64,000 nucleotides of DNA, taken from an uncultured Candidatus Binatia bacterium. Lineage in GTDB: Bacteria; Desulfobacterota; Binatia; Bin18. A program made the position numbers and the translations under genes. Below are positions 18,801 through 26,628 of this stretch, piece after piece. Under the pieces are notes generated by a model. It did no database searches and was not told the DNA's origin. It saw nothing but the letters and a program-made list of their open reading frames with translations. Location: contig OZ241744.1 in the NCBI GenBank assembly GCA_965200965.1, positions 3,168,001-3,232,000 on the forward strand. The letters are read 5' to 3'. The stretch's first letter is position 1, and each line of letters opens with the position of its first letter.

Positions 18801-18977
18801 CGGATTCGGAAAACCGACCCCGACCTGCGCCTGCACGCCTACGTCCTGTCCGTCACCCCGGCACACGAGATTGACGACGGCAGCCGCCCTGCCTCCGCCT
18901 GGCAGAACGCCGGCGTCTATTTCCTGGAGGAACCCGATTGCCTGAAGCGGGTGATTGAGCACGCCTTGGGCGCGTAG
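15858..18977 (+). CDS. res: Type III restriction endonuclease subunit (Res)
   Basis: SATGSGKT Walker A, DEGH, EYSATF, QMFGRGVR, C-terminal YPDF..FLDPKG PD-(D/E)xK nuclease. Confidence 0.9.
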   Translation: MLLMPQTGTTPLQNRLVLHRFVCREFGYEDMPAMLDRLRNVPARLDPSGESEYARALYLNPDRATVSPEHLATYDANITAHSRRLRLAGEHGRTWKPYQYLALLFTEHYLCRYFDDPEGLRAALNAARGLDPAMPEYTPEELRTLAFQSATGSGKTLLMHAHILQFQHYRKRAGQPLNNIVLLTPNEQMSGQHERELRASGLSARLFSAEAGAELFSPIEIIDLNKLAEKTGVKRVAVQDFGDNNLVLVDEGHLGASGKVWRERRKELSRGGFTFEYSATFNQIATKKEADLLNAYGKCLLFDYAYRQFHDDGYGKDYAISNLPEDAGNRMYLLGCLLTFYQQCRIWRDKGAGWAAFNLAKPLWVFLGKTVTGSSQTNVQTRSDVALILDFLAWVLAHGQAVRPMLARLLAGQSGLSDERGREYFAGRFAYLTQQGVNVSSDRQEGDTFTPSRAGDLYADMCQLLFHGQGRLHVVYLTAGEGELHLRSADNPVFGVVNIGDAAALYSLLTEQANPDLSTEREAGFAERLFADMDRPDSPVNMVIGARRFIAGWNSWRVSTMGLMHVGVGEGPEIIQMFGRGVRLKGWKAGLKRHRHSAVPPPKDSAELAELETLYIFGLRANYMQTFRDLLHKEGMRVERETVRLPVTWNLGQRPDLKLLRIRADQQFECSDEHPVLPNPDEPGRPLVTLDLYARLQAVASGAAPAGPIQHQTPVTLEPRHTGFFNYSRLYDALLRQKQHKGWHNLRIRPETVERLLQDSGWYKLYMPAERLNVADFQGVRALEDIALALITAYADQFWRAQRRRWESDNMEVVRLDEADPNNVRTYELSVDAAHSRLIDDLRQLAANVREGYCASLQLGVMLAGAHAYQPLVYAGEGCQVSVRPLALDEHEKLTVEKLAALAEGRDPCLGGRDLYLIRNLSRGRGVSFFDDFGYYPDFIVWLKNPDCQHIIFLDPKGLGRFGGRERRKVELHRTIKALEERIRKTDPDLRLHAYVLSVTPAHEIDDGSRPASAWQNAGVYFLEEPDCLKRVIEHALGA
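17161..17211 (+). repeat. 51-bp palindromic element, copy 3 (in frame inside res)
   Basis: AAGGAGTGAACGTGTC-ATCAGATCGACAGGAGGGC-GACACGTTCACTCCTT, a perfect 16-bp inverted repeat; encodes QGVNVSSDRQEGDTFTP. Confidence 0.92.
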
Positions 18978-19019
18978 CCGTCGCCCGGGTCAACCACGGG
19001 CACGGCCCGACACCAGGCC

Positions 19020-19383
19020 GCCGGCAACTCTACGGTGAGCTCGCGCCCGAGCCGGCGCAGGGCTTTGTGAATACGGTTTACGGTAGTGTGACGGCGCAGG
19101 TCAAGCAGCTGCCGGACCACTTTGGCGCAGGGTGACAAGCGGCTGTCACGAAAGGCAAGCGCGAGGGCAGGCTTTGCCGCCATGTCGGGCATGTCGGGGG
19201 GCACACTGATGAGCCGCTCGCCGGTGCGTCGTCGGCAATGCGGCCGGCGACGGCTTCCTCCAGCGCGTCCCGGGCCTCGGCTTTGTCGGCCCCGGAGGTG
19301 AGACACTCGGGCAGGTCTCTGAATGAGACAATGAGTTGGCCCGAGCTATAGGGCTGAAGCCGTGCCGGGTAGCGGAACTGCAT
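19020..19383 (-). pseudogene. Frameshifted HicB-like antitoxin
   Basis: MQFRYPARL...VSFRDLPECLTSG..EARDALEEAV in one frame continues as AAKPALALA...VRQLLDLRRHTTVNRIHKALRRLGRELTV in another. No hicA seen. Left boundary is approximate. Confidence 0.7.
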
Positions 19384-19416
19384 GGCTCTCTCCTTACTCA
19401 CGCGGGGCCCGTATTG

Positions 19417-20451
19417 TCAGCCCTCCCTCAGCGGCGGGTCGGCGATTTTCAGCAGTTGCTTGCCCAGGTTTTTGCCCTCAAACAGACGCAGGAAGGTACG
19501 CGGGGCGTTGGCAAAGCCGGTCTGGATGTCTTCCTGGTGGACGAGCTGCCGGCTGTCGAGCCAGGTCCGCAGTTCTTGCACTGCCTCGGCAAAACGCGGG
19601 TAATAATCGACCAGAATAAAGCCCTCCATACGCGCCCGCTGAAGAATCAGATTGAAATAGTTTCTGGGGCCGGGCTGGAGGGCTTCGTCGTTGTAGCGGG
19701 AGATGCCGCCACACAGCACGATGCGTGCCTTCATCGCAATCTGGGCCAGGGCCGCATCCAGAATCTGGCCGCCAACATTATCAAAAAAGAGGTGGATGCC
19801 GTCCGGGCACAGCTCCCGCAGCCGGCCGGCGACATCTTCGGACTTGTAGTCAATCGCCGCGTCAAAACGGGCCGTCTCGGTCAGCCAGGTACACTTGTCC
19901 GGCCCGCCGGCAATGCCAACCACCCGGCAGCCCTTGATTCTGGCGATCTGCCCGGCAATAGAGCCGGTCGCCCCCGCCGCCCCGGACACCACACAGGTCT
20001 CCCCGGCCTTGGGCTGGCCGATATCGAGCACCCCAAAATAGGCGGTCAGGCCGGTGATGCCGAGCACCCCGAGCGGGGCGGTCAGCGATGTCCCAGGGGG
20101 GATTTTTGAAGCCGGCATCAGGCCGCCCTTGCCGGTGGTAACGGCGTAGTCCTGCCAGCCAAAGCCGCCCTGCACATAGTCCCCGGGCTGATAGTCGGGA
20201 TGTCTGGAAGCCGCCACCTGTCCGGTGGTGACGGCCCGCATGACCTCGCCGAGCTGGATCGGCGGAATATAGCTGGGCCGGTCATCCATCCAGCCCCGCA
20301 TGGCCGGTTCAAAAGCAATGTAGCAGTTACGGACCAGGAACTGGCCATCGTCCAACTCTGGAACAGGCGCTTCATGATACTCAAAATCGGACGCTTTGAC
20401 CATGCCCCGGGGGCGGGCGGCCAGCAGCCATTGGCGGTTCATCTGGGTCAT
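19417..20451 (-). CDS. NADP-dependent oxidoreductase (MDR, CurA/prostaglandin reductase-like)
   Basis: NRQWLLAARPRG, VSGAAGATGS, GIAGGPDKC, FFDNVGG, GKNLGKQL. Start MTQMN with AAGGAGG RBS. Confidence 0.9.
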   Translation of the reverse strand: MTQMNRQWLLAARPRGMVKASDFEYHEAPVPELDDGQFLVRNCYIAFEPAMRGWMDDRPSYIPPIQLGEVMRAVTTGQVAASRHPDYQPGDYVQGGFGWQDYAVTTGKGGLMPASKIPPGTSLTAPLGVLGITGLTAYFGVLDIGQPKAGETCVVSGAAGATGSIAGQIARIKGCRVVGIAGGPDKCTWLTETARFDAAIDYKSEDVAGRLRELCPDGIHLFFDNVGGQILDAALAQIAMKARIVLCGGISRYNDEALQPGPRNYFNLILQRARMEGFILVDYYPRFAEAVQELRTWLDSRQLVHQEDIQTGFANAPRTFLRLFEGKNLGKQLLKIADPPLREG

Positions 20452-20483
20452 TGTTTCCTCCTTGGAGTATTCGTCGGCGTGCT

Positions 20484-21329
20484 TCACAGGCCGGCAAAGT
20501 AGGCGCGGACAATCCGCGCCACCTCGTCCGGCCTCTCCATCGGCAAAAAATGGCTGGTGTCCGGGACCGTGACCAGGCTGGCGCGGGGAATGCGCCGGGC
20601 GGCACGCTCGGCAATGGCGAACAGCGGCGGGTCTGTTTGCGCGCCGCGGATGACTACCGTCGGACAGTCCACCCGGCTCAGCGGGGTGTACAGGTCGGCA
20701 AGCGGGGCCTGGGCGAAGACATGGGCTTCTACCCTGACCGGACATTTGAGCTGGATACGTCCGTCGGGCAGGTCGGCCGTGCCGTGGGTGACATAATCCC
20801 ACAGGATCGCTTCCTGCCAGCCGGCAAAGGTGGCTTTGGTCCGGTAGGCGTCAAACAACTGTTGGCGTGAGTCCCACACTTCCCGCCGGCGCAAGGTCTG
20901 CTCAACAAGCGGTCGCTCGGTCGGAGAGGCCGGCCGCAGTTCAGGCGGAAAGGTCACCGGCTCAAGCAGGGCCAAGCCCTTCACCCGGCCATGCTGGTTG
21001 GCCGCGTAGCCGGCCAGCAGGGCCGCCCCGCCGGAATGGCCCAGCCCATAAAAATCACCCAGCCGCAACTCGGCAACCGTCGCGGCGACATCCCGGGCCA
21101 TGTCCTGCCAGTGGGTGTCTCGGAGGGCCGGCTTGTCGCTGTCGCCCTGACCACGCAGGTCAAGGGTATACACCTGGTAGGCGTCTTCAAGGTGCCGGAT
21201 CAACTCCCGGTAGACCTGGCCAAGAAAACCGTTGGCATGCACCAGCAGCAGGGCCGGCCCGGCACCGCCCCAGTCGGCAACATGGAGTTTGACACCGCCC
21301 ACCTCAATGAATTGGCTGCGGGGCTTCAT
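20484..21329 (-). CDS. Alpha/beta hydrolase
   Basis: HANG oxyanion motif, GHSGG nucleophile elbow, SHFLPME catalytic His. The frame stays open upstream to 21410. Confidence 0.85.
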   Translation of the reverse strand: MKPRSQFIEVGGVKLHVADWGGAGPALLLVHANGFLGQVYRELIRHLEDAYQVYTLDLRGQGDSDKPALRDTHWQDMARDVAATVAELRLGDFYGLGHSGGAALLAGYAANQHGRVKGLALLEPVTFPPELRPASPTERPLVEQTLRRREVWDSRQQLFDAYRTKATFAGWQEAILWDYVTHGTADLPDGRIQLKCPVRVEAHVFAQAPLADLYTPLSRVDCPTVVIRGAQTDPPLFAIAERAARRIPRASLVTVPDTSHFLPMERPDEVARIVRAYFAGL

Positions 21330-21335
21330 AGCGTT

Positions 21336-21386
21336 AAGGACGGAACGTGTCGTCAGAGCAAATGGAAGGCGACATGTTCCGCCCTC
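21336..21386 (+). repeat. 51-bp palindromic element, copy 4 (immediately upstream of the hydrolase start)
   Basis: AAGGACGGAACGTGTC-GTCAGAGCAAATGGAAGGC-GACATGTTCCGCCCTC. Confidence 0.88.
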
Positions 21387-21525
21387 GTGGTGTAAACCAC
21401 GCGCTGGCATTTGTCCAGTACGCAGCTTCAGCTTCGAATCGGGGGCCGTATCCCTTGCGCAGACCCCCGGCCTTTAGTAAGAGGTGTACTGAATGCCGAA
21501 CGATCGTATGAAGGAGGACCAGCGT

Positions 21526-21912
21526 ATGAGTGCCCACGAGATCGAAGCCCTCACCAGAGAGTTCTTTGACACTTTCAGCCGCAACGACATGGCCGCGGCG
21601 GCAAGCATGTTGTCCGATGACCTTGAGGTCATTGACCATGTGCCCTATCGGTTTGACACCAAGCAGGAGTTTGTCGAGTTTCTCCACAGCGCAATGGCCG
21701 GCATTGAGGCCGGAACCTTTGGCTGTCGGCAACTGTCGTGCCGGGTGTTCAATGACAACGGGGCGGTGGCCAACACCTACGACACCTTTTCGGGCGTGGG
21801 CAAAAACGGCAAACCCATGAGCTCCCACGGCCGCACCACCCTGGTGTTTGCCAAAGAAGGCGGCCAGTGGAAGATTGTCAGTTGCCACTTCTCGCCGCTG
21901 CCCAGCCACTAA
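21526..21912 (+). CDS. NTF2-like/SnoaL-like protein, copy 1
   Basis: ~128 aa, GRTTLVFAKEGGQWKIVSCHFS C-terminus; AGGAGG RBS. Confidence 0.8.
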   Translation: MSAHEIEALTREFFDTFSRNDMAAAASMLSDDLEVIDHVPYRFDTKQEFVEFLHSAMAGIEAGTFGCRQLSCRVFNDNGAVANTYDTFSGVGKNGKPMSSHGRTTLVFAKEGGQWKIVSCHFSPLPSH

Positions 21913-21943
21913 ACGCGATATCCCTTTTCAAGGAGGACCGCCC

Positions 21944-22327
21944 ATGAGTGCAGAAATTGAGGCCCTGGCCCACGAATTTTTCGCCGCCTTCACCAGAAAC
22001 GATATCCAGGCCGCCCTGGATATGCTGTCTGACGACCTGGAGGTCATTGATCATGTGCCCTATCGGTTTGACACCAAGCGGGAGTTTGCCGGGTTTCTCC
22101 ACGGCGCGATGGCCGGCATTGAGTCGAATACCTCGGCCATACGGCAGCTCTCGTGCCGGGTGTTCAACGACAGCCTGGCCGTTGCCAACGGCTACGACAC
22201 CTTCAGCGGGGTGACAAAAAGCGGACAGGGCCAGAACCTGAACGGCCGCACCACCCTGGTGTTTGCCAAAGAAGGTGGCCAGTGGAAGATCGTCAGCTGT
22301 CATTTTTCGCCGCTGCCGACGCACTAG
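21944..22327 (+). CDS. NTF2-like/SnoaL-like protein, copy 2 (tandem paralog)
   Basis: Shares long identical blocks with copy 1; AGGAGG RBS. Confidence 0.8.
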   Translation: MSAEIEALAHEFFAAFTRNDIQAALDMLSDDLEVIDHVPYRFDTKREFAGFLHGAMAGIESNTSAIRQLSCRVFNDSLAVANGYDTFSGVTKSGQGQNLNGRTTLVFAKEGGQWKIVSCHFSPLPTH

Positions 22328-22385
22328 CCGCGTTCGGAATAAGCAGGGGGCCTCTGTCAGAGGCAGCGTCAAGGAGGACAAACGG

Positions 22386-23147
22386 ATGGCAGACATGTTG
22401 AAAGACAAGGTGGTGCTCATCACCGGCGGGAGTTCGGGCATTGGCCGGGCGACCGCCCTGGCCTGTGCCCGCGAGGGGGCCAGGGTGGCGGTTGCCGACA
22501 TCGTGGTGGCCGGCGGCCAAGAGACCGTCCGGCAGATCAAAGAGGCCGGTGGCGAGGCCCTGTTCATCCAAGCCGATATGACCCGGGCGAGCGACCTCGA
22601 GGCGATGGTCACCACCGTCGTCAAGACCTGTGGGCGGCTTGACTGCGCCCACAACAACGCCGGCATTGAGGGCGCGTTGGGCAAGACCGCCGACTACGAC
22701 GAGGCGGCCTGGGACCAAGTCATCGCCATCAACCTGACCGGGGTATGGCTGTGCATGAAATACGAGATTCCGGCCATGCTCAACACCGGCGGCGGAGCGA
22801 TTGTCAACACCGCCTCGGCCGCCGGCCTGCTGGGCGTGCCGCATATGCCGGCCTACGCGGCCAGCAAACACGGCGTGATCGGTCTGAGCAAGACGGCCGC
22901 CCTGGAATACGCCAAGGCCGGCGTCCGGGTCAACGCGGTGTGCCCGGGCATTATTCAAACCCCGATGGTAGAACGGCTGACTGGCGAGCGGCCGGGCATG
23001 TTTGAAAAAATCGCTACCGCCGAGCCGGTCGGGCGGGTTGGCCAGCCGGAGGAAATCGCCGAGTCGGTGGTCTGGCTGTGTTCGGACGCAGCCTCTTTTG
23101 TGACCGGTCACGCCATGTCGGTTGACGGCGGCGTTGTGGCCCAGTGA
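22386..23147 (+). CDS. Short-chain dehydrogenase/reductase
   Basis: TGGSSGIG, NNAG, YAASK motifs. Confidence 0.92.
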   Translation: MADMLKDKVVLITGGSSGIGRATALACAREGARVAVADIVVAGGQETVRQIKEAGGEALFIQADMTRASDLEAMVTTVVKTCGRLDCAHNNAGIEGALGKTADYDEAAWDQVIAINLTGVWLCMKYEIPAMLNTGGGAIVNTASAAGLLGVPHMPAYAASKHGVIGLSKTAALEYAKAGVRVNAVCPGIIQTPMVERLTGERPGMFEKIATAEPVGRVGQPEEIAESVVWLCSDAASFVTGHAMSVDGGVVAQ

Positions 23148-23164
23148 AGACAACGGAGGCACAC

Positions 23165-24058
23165 ATGCGGTACGGCGTACACATAGGCGGCGGCGCGGTC
23201 ATGGGCAAGCCCTCAGCCGCCCGGCAGATTGGCGAACTGGCCGACGAACTCGGCTACGACGGCATTGTCACCGGCGACCATATCACCATTCCCAAACAGA
23301 TCGGCTCAACCTACCCGTATACCAAACTGGCCGAGTCAATGGGCTACAACCCCTATGCGGTATTCACCAGCATGGATTGGCTGGACGCCTTTACGGTGCT
23401 CGGCCTGTTGGTGCCAGTGACCAAGACGGTCCGCCTGGGCACGAGCGTCACGATTGTGCCCTACCGCCACCCCCTGGATATGGCCCGGGTGGTGGCCAGC
23501 CTGGATGTAGCTTCCGGCGGACGGATTATTTTTGGGGCCGGCGTCGGCTGGATGCGCGAAGAGTTCGCCCTGCTCGGCGTGCCATACAAAGAGCGCGCGC
23601 CACGCACGCGCGAATATCTGCGCGTCATGCAGGAGGTCTGGACTAAGGACACCCCCCGCTTTGACGGCGCATACGTCCAGATCGACAAAGATCTGCACTT
23701 CGCCCCCAAGCCGGTCCAAAAGCCCCATCCGGCCATCTGGGTCGGCGGAGAATCCACCCCGGCCTTGAAACGGGTGGTTGAGTTCGGCTCGGGCTGGCAT
23801 ATCGGCCCGGTCGATATTGAAGATGTCCGGCCCCGCTTTGAGGAACTGCGGGGGCTGATGGAAGCCGCCGGCCGCAATTACGACGAGCTGGAGATTACCT
23901 GGATGGTCGATAACACGCGCACAGATGCGGCCGCCATCCGGGCCTATCGTGACCTGGGCGTCCATGGCTTATATGTGACCGCGGCCGCGGCCGACCCGGA
24001 CGAGGTGTGCGCGATCATGCGCGATTTTCCCAAGAAAGTGCAGGACGCGGTGGGCTGA
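23165..24058 (+). CDS. LLM-class (luciferase-like, probably F420-dependent) oxidoreductase
   Basis: ADELGYDG..GDH, RLGTSV, LDVASGGR...GVGWMREEF, PKPVQKPHPAIWVGG. Confidence 0.85.
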   Translation: MRYGVHIGGGAVMGKPSAARQIGELADELGYDGIVTGDHITIPKQIGSTYPYTKLAESMGYNPYAVFTSMDWLDAFTVLGLLVPVTKTVRLGTSVTIVPYRHPLDMARVVASLDVASGGRIIFGAGVGWMREEFALLGVPYKERAPRTREYLRVMQEVWTKDTPRFDGAYVQIDKDLHFAPKPVQKPHPAIWVGGESTPALKRVVEFGSGWHIGPVDIEDVRPRFEELRGLMEAAGRNYDELEITWMVDNTRTDAAAIRAYRDLGVHGLYVTAAAADPDEVCAIMRDFPKKVQDAVG

Positions 24059-24069
24059 CCCGGCCATCG

Positions 24070-24105
24070 GACACAGCGGGCCGGGGCCGACCGGCCCGCT
24101 GTGTC
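24070..24105. terminator. Perfect 15-bp hairpin after the LLM gene
   Basis: GACACAGCGGGCCGG-GGCCGA-CCGGCCCGCTGTGTC; no strong U-tract. Confidence 0.55.
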
Positions 24106-24306
24106 AATTCGAATACCATCGGCCTGCTAGATTCTGAACACCACGCCCCCGCCGCTCTCCAGCCGACCGTTCTGACTACCCCAGCAAAATCAAGACCTTA
24201 GCGCGTGTCCGGCCAAGCCCACACGCCTGGCACGTTTTCTGCACACCCAAGGGACAGCCTTCTCTCCCCAGCGCAACGCTCGGGTCCCTCCTCCGGGCCT
24301 TGCCTC

Positions 24307-24340
24307 AAGCCCCCGGGGCCTCTGTTCCCGGGGGCTTTTT
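24307..24340 (+). terminator. Rho-independent terminator-like hairpin
   Basis: AAGCCCCCGGG-9 nt-CCCGGGGGCTT ending in a run of five T. Confidence 0.7.
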
Positions 24341-24376
24341 CAGGCTCCTGTCATCAGATAGTGTGGGTAGCCGGCT

Positions 24377-24907
24377 ATGCTTACACCCACCCGCCGCACC
24401 CCGCTGAGTTGGACTGTGCCGCTGAGCGTCGCCATCAGCGTGTTTCTGCTGTGGTTGATCTACTGGAAGCCGGCCGCCACCAGCCAAGCCGGCTGGGTCA
24501 CGGCGCTGCCGGCCACCAACGCCCTGTGTAACGGGCTGAGCGCGGGCTGCCTGGTGGCAGGATTTGTGAACATCCGCCGCGGCCGGCGGACGGCCCACAT
24601 CCGCTGTATGCTGGGCGCGCTGGCGTGTTCCGGCCTGTTTCTGATAGGCTATGTTGTCTACCACCATTTTCATGGCGATACGCCGTTTCCGGGCCAGGGG
24701 CTTGTACGACCGCTCTACTTCACCATTCTCATCAGCCACATTGTCCTGTCCATCGTCGCCCTGCCGCTGGTCTTGACCACACTCTATTACGCCGCAACCG
24801 CCCAGTACCAGACCCACCGCCGGCTGGCCCGCTATACCTTGCCCATGTGGCTGTATGTCTCAGTCACCGGCGTGGCCGTGTTTTTCTTTTTGCGCGCCTA
24901 CACCTGA
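24377..24907 (+). CDS. DUF420 family membrane protein
   Basis: LPATNALCNG, HIRCM, YFTILISHIVLS, HRRLARYTLPMWLYVSVTGV. Confidence 0.85.
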   Translation: MLTPTRRTPLSWTVPLSVAISVFLLWLIYWKPAATSQAGWVTALPATNALCNGLSAGCLVAGFVNIRRGRRTAHIRCMLGALACSGLFLIGYVVYHHFHGDTPFPGQGLVRPLYFTILISHIVLSIVALPLVLTTLYYAATAQYQTHRRLARYTLPMWLYVSVTGVAVFFFLRAYT

Positions 24908-24921
24908 ACCGGGATGGAGCC

Positions 24922-25015
24922 ATGCGTATCAGCCTGCTTGCCGACACCCACCTGCCGAGCACGATCCGGGACCTGTGGGGCGAGGGCAGAGAGGTCTTTG
25001 CCGGGGTGGACCTGA
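24922..25015 (+). pseudogene. Metallophosphoesterase N-terminal remnant
   Basis: MRISLLADTHLP...VFAGVDL carries the DxH motif but breaks before the expected HAGD motif. Confidence 0.55.
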
Positions 25016-25133
25016 TGGAGCCCGAGGAATATCCGATTGTGTGCCTCAGAGAAGTCTATCCTGGCGGGCAGCCGGAACAAGGCAAAGCCCGGCACCTCGG
25101 CCCGTTGGGGATCGGTCGCACAGACGCCGACTT

Positions 25134-25592
25134 TCACCGTGAAGGCGTGTGCGGCAGAGGCTCGGTGCCGGTCTGGCCGCCAAAGCGCGGCAAGCTGTCT
25201 CCGAGCGTGACCCACTCGGCCCGGTCCGAAACATAATAGTGCGCTTGTGGCTCACGGTCGATCGGGTCGTGCACGTTGGCCAGGACGATATCAATCACGT
25301 CCGGGTGGCGGCTGGAGATGCAGAACAGGGTGCTGCCGCAGGTCCGGCAGAACGAGCGGCGACCGTGGTCTGAGGAGTGGTAGACGGTCAGGGCTTGTTC
25401 GCCGGCCACAAAGCGGAACTGGGTGTCCTTGACCCCGATCCAGGTGACATAGCCGGCCCCGTGGCTCCGCCGGCACATGGAACAGTGGCAGTGGCCGCAG
25501 AAAAGGGTCGGCAGCGTGATTTCAAAGCGGACGGCCCCACAGAAACACCCGCCCCGGACCGGCCTCAACTCGCCGTTGGTTTCGCTCATCAT
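25134..25592 (-). CDS. GFA/CENP-V family zinc protein
   Basis: GGCFCGAVR, HCHCSMCRR, RSFCRTCGSTLF. Confidence 0.9.
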   Translation of the reverse strand: MMSETNGELRPVRGGCFCGAVRFEITLPTLFCGHCHCSMCRRSHGAGYVTWIGVKDTQFRFVAGEQALTVYHSSDHGRRSFCRTCGSTLFCISSRHPDVIDIVLANVHDPIDREPQAHYYVSDRAEWVTLGDSLPRFGGQTGTEPLPHTPSR

Positions 25593-25855
25593 TTCCTCCC
25601 CACGCGATCGGCCATATACGCCGGCAGGCCGGTCGGGTATACACGCGGGAAATCTAGCAGCCGGGGAAGGGCCGCGAAAGAGGCGAGAGCGAGGCATATG
25701 GAGCAGGGACAGGTGAAGACGAAATCCCGGCCGACATCCTGGTCCTGGAGCGGGAGACCCAGCGGCTGCTGGGGGAGATTATCGGCACAAACGAAAAGTG
25801 AAAACCTGACCAGACTCTCGCCGCTTGACGGAAGGGCTGGGGACGGAGGGGAAAC

Positions 25856-26623
25856 ATGAGCGCAGACGGGCAGTGGCAGACGATCAATGAGGACGGGTTC
25901 CGGCTGTATCAGCAGGGGGCGTATGAGCAGGCCGAGCGGCACTTTCGTGAGGCGCTGGAGTTGGTTGAGGCTTTTGGGCCAAAGGATACGCGGGTGGCGA
26001 TGGTGCTCAATAACCTAGCCAACCTGTGCCATAACCAGGGCAAATTCCGGGAGGCCGAGCGGCACTATGAGCGGGCGCTGACTATCCGGCGGGAGCACTA
26101 CGGCCCGGATCATCCCTTTGTGGCCCAGAGCCTGAACAATCTGGCCTCGCTGTACCGCGAGCTGGGCAAACTTGACGAGGCCGAGGCCTTCTTGCGCAAG
26201 GTCCTGGCGATTGCCGAGGCCCTTGTCGGCCCTGACCACTGGCGGGTCACAAACTGCCTCAATAATCTGGCCGCGGTGTATATGGAGCAGACGCGCTATG
26301 ATGAGGCGTCGGCTCTGTTTGCGCGCTCGCTCAGCATCCGCACCCGCTTTTTTGGGCCTGAGCATCATTCGGTGGCAACGACCCTGTGCGGGCAGGCCGA
26401 AGTTGCGGTGGCCCGGGGCCGGGATGACGAGGCCACCCCGATTTTTCAGCGCGCCCTGGAGATCCGGCAGCAGAAGCTCGGTCCTGACCACCCCGCGGTG
26501 GCCCTGTTGCTGGAGAAGTATGCCCCGCTGCTGCGCCGGGCAGACCGGGTAGATGAGGCGCTCCGGCTGGAAGCCAGGGCGAAGGCAATCCGTGGCAGGC
26601 AGGCTGAGGCCAGCGGCGGGTGA
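25856..26623 (+). CDS. Tetratricopeptide repeat protein (42-aa kinesin-light-chain type repeats)
   Basis: Recurrent GPDHP.VA.SLNNLA.LY repeats. Confidence 0.9.
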   Translation: MSADGQWQTINEDGFRLYQQGAYEQAERHFREALELVEAFGPKDTRVAMVLNNLANLCHNQGKFREAERHYERALTIRREHYGPDHPFVAQSLNNLASLYRELGKLDEAEAFLRKVLAIAEALVGPDHWRVTNCLNNLAAVYMEQTRYDEASALFARSLSIRTRFFGPEHHSVATTLCGQAEVAVARGRDDEATPIFQRALEIRQQKLGPDHPAVALLLEKYAPLLRRADRVDEALRLEARAKAIRGRQAEASGG

Positions 26624-26628
26624 GGGGC

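Noticed and set aside
9104-19420. Intact integrative element or prophage at tRNA-Leu
   Set aside because: No integrase, no phage genes and no duplicated tRNA 3' end (attR) were found by eye.
25856-26623. TPR periodicity as a novel repeat
   Set aside because: Fully explained by an ordinary 42-aa TPR protein.
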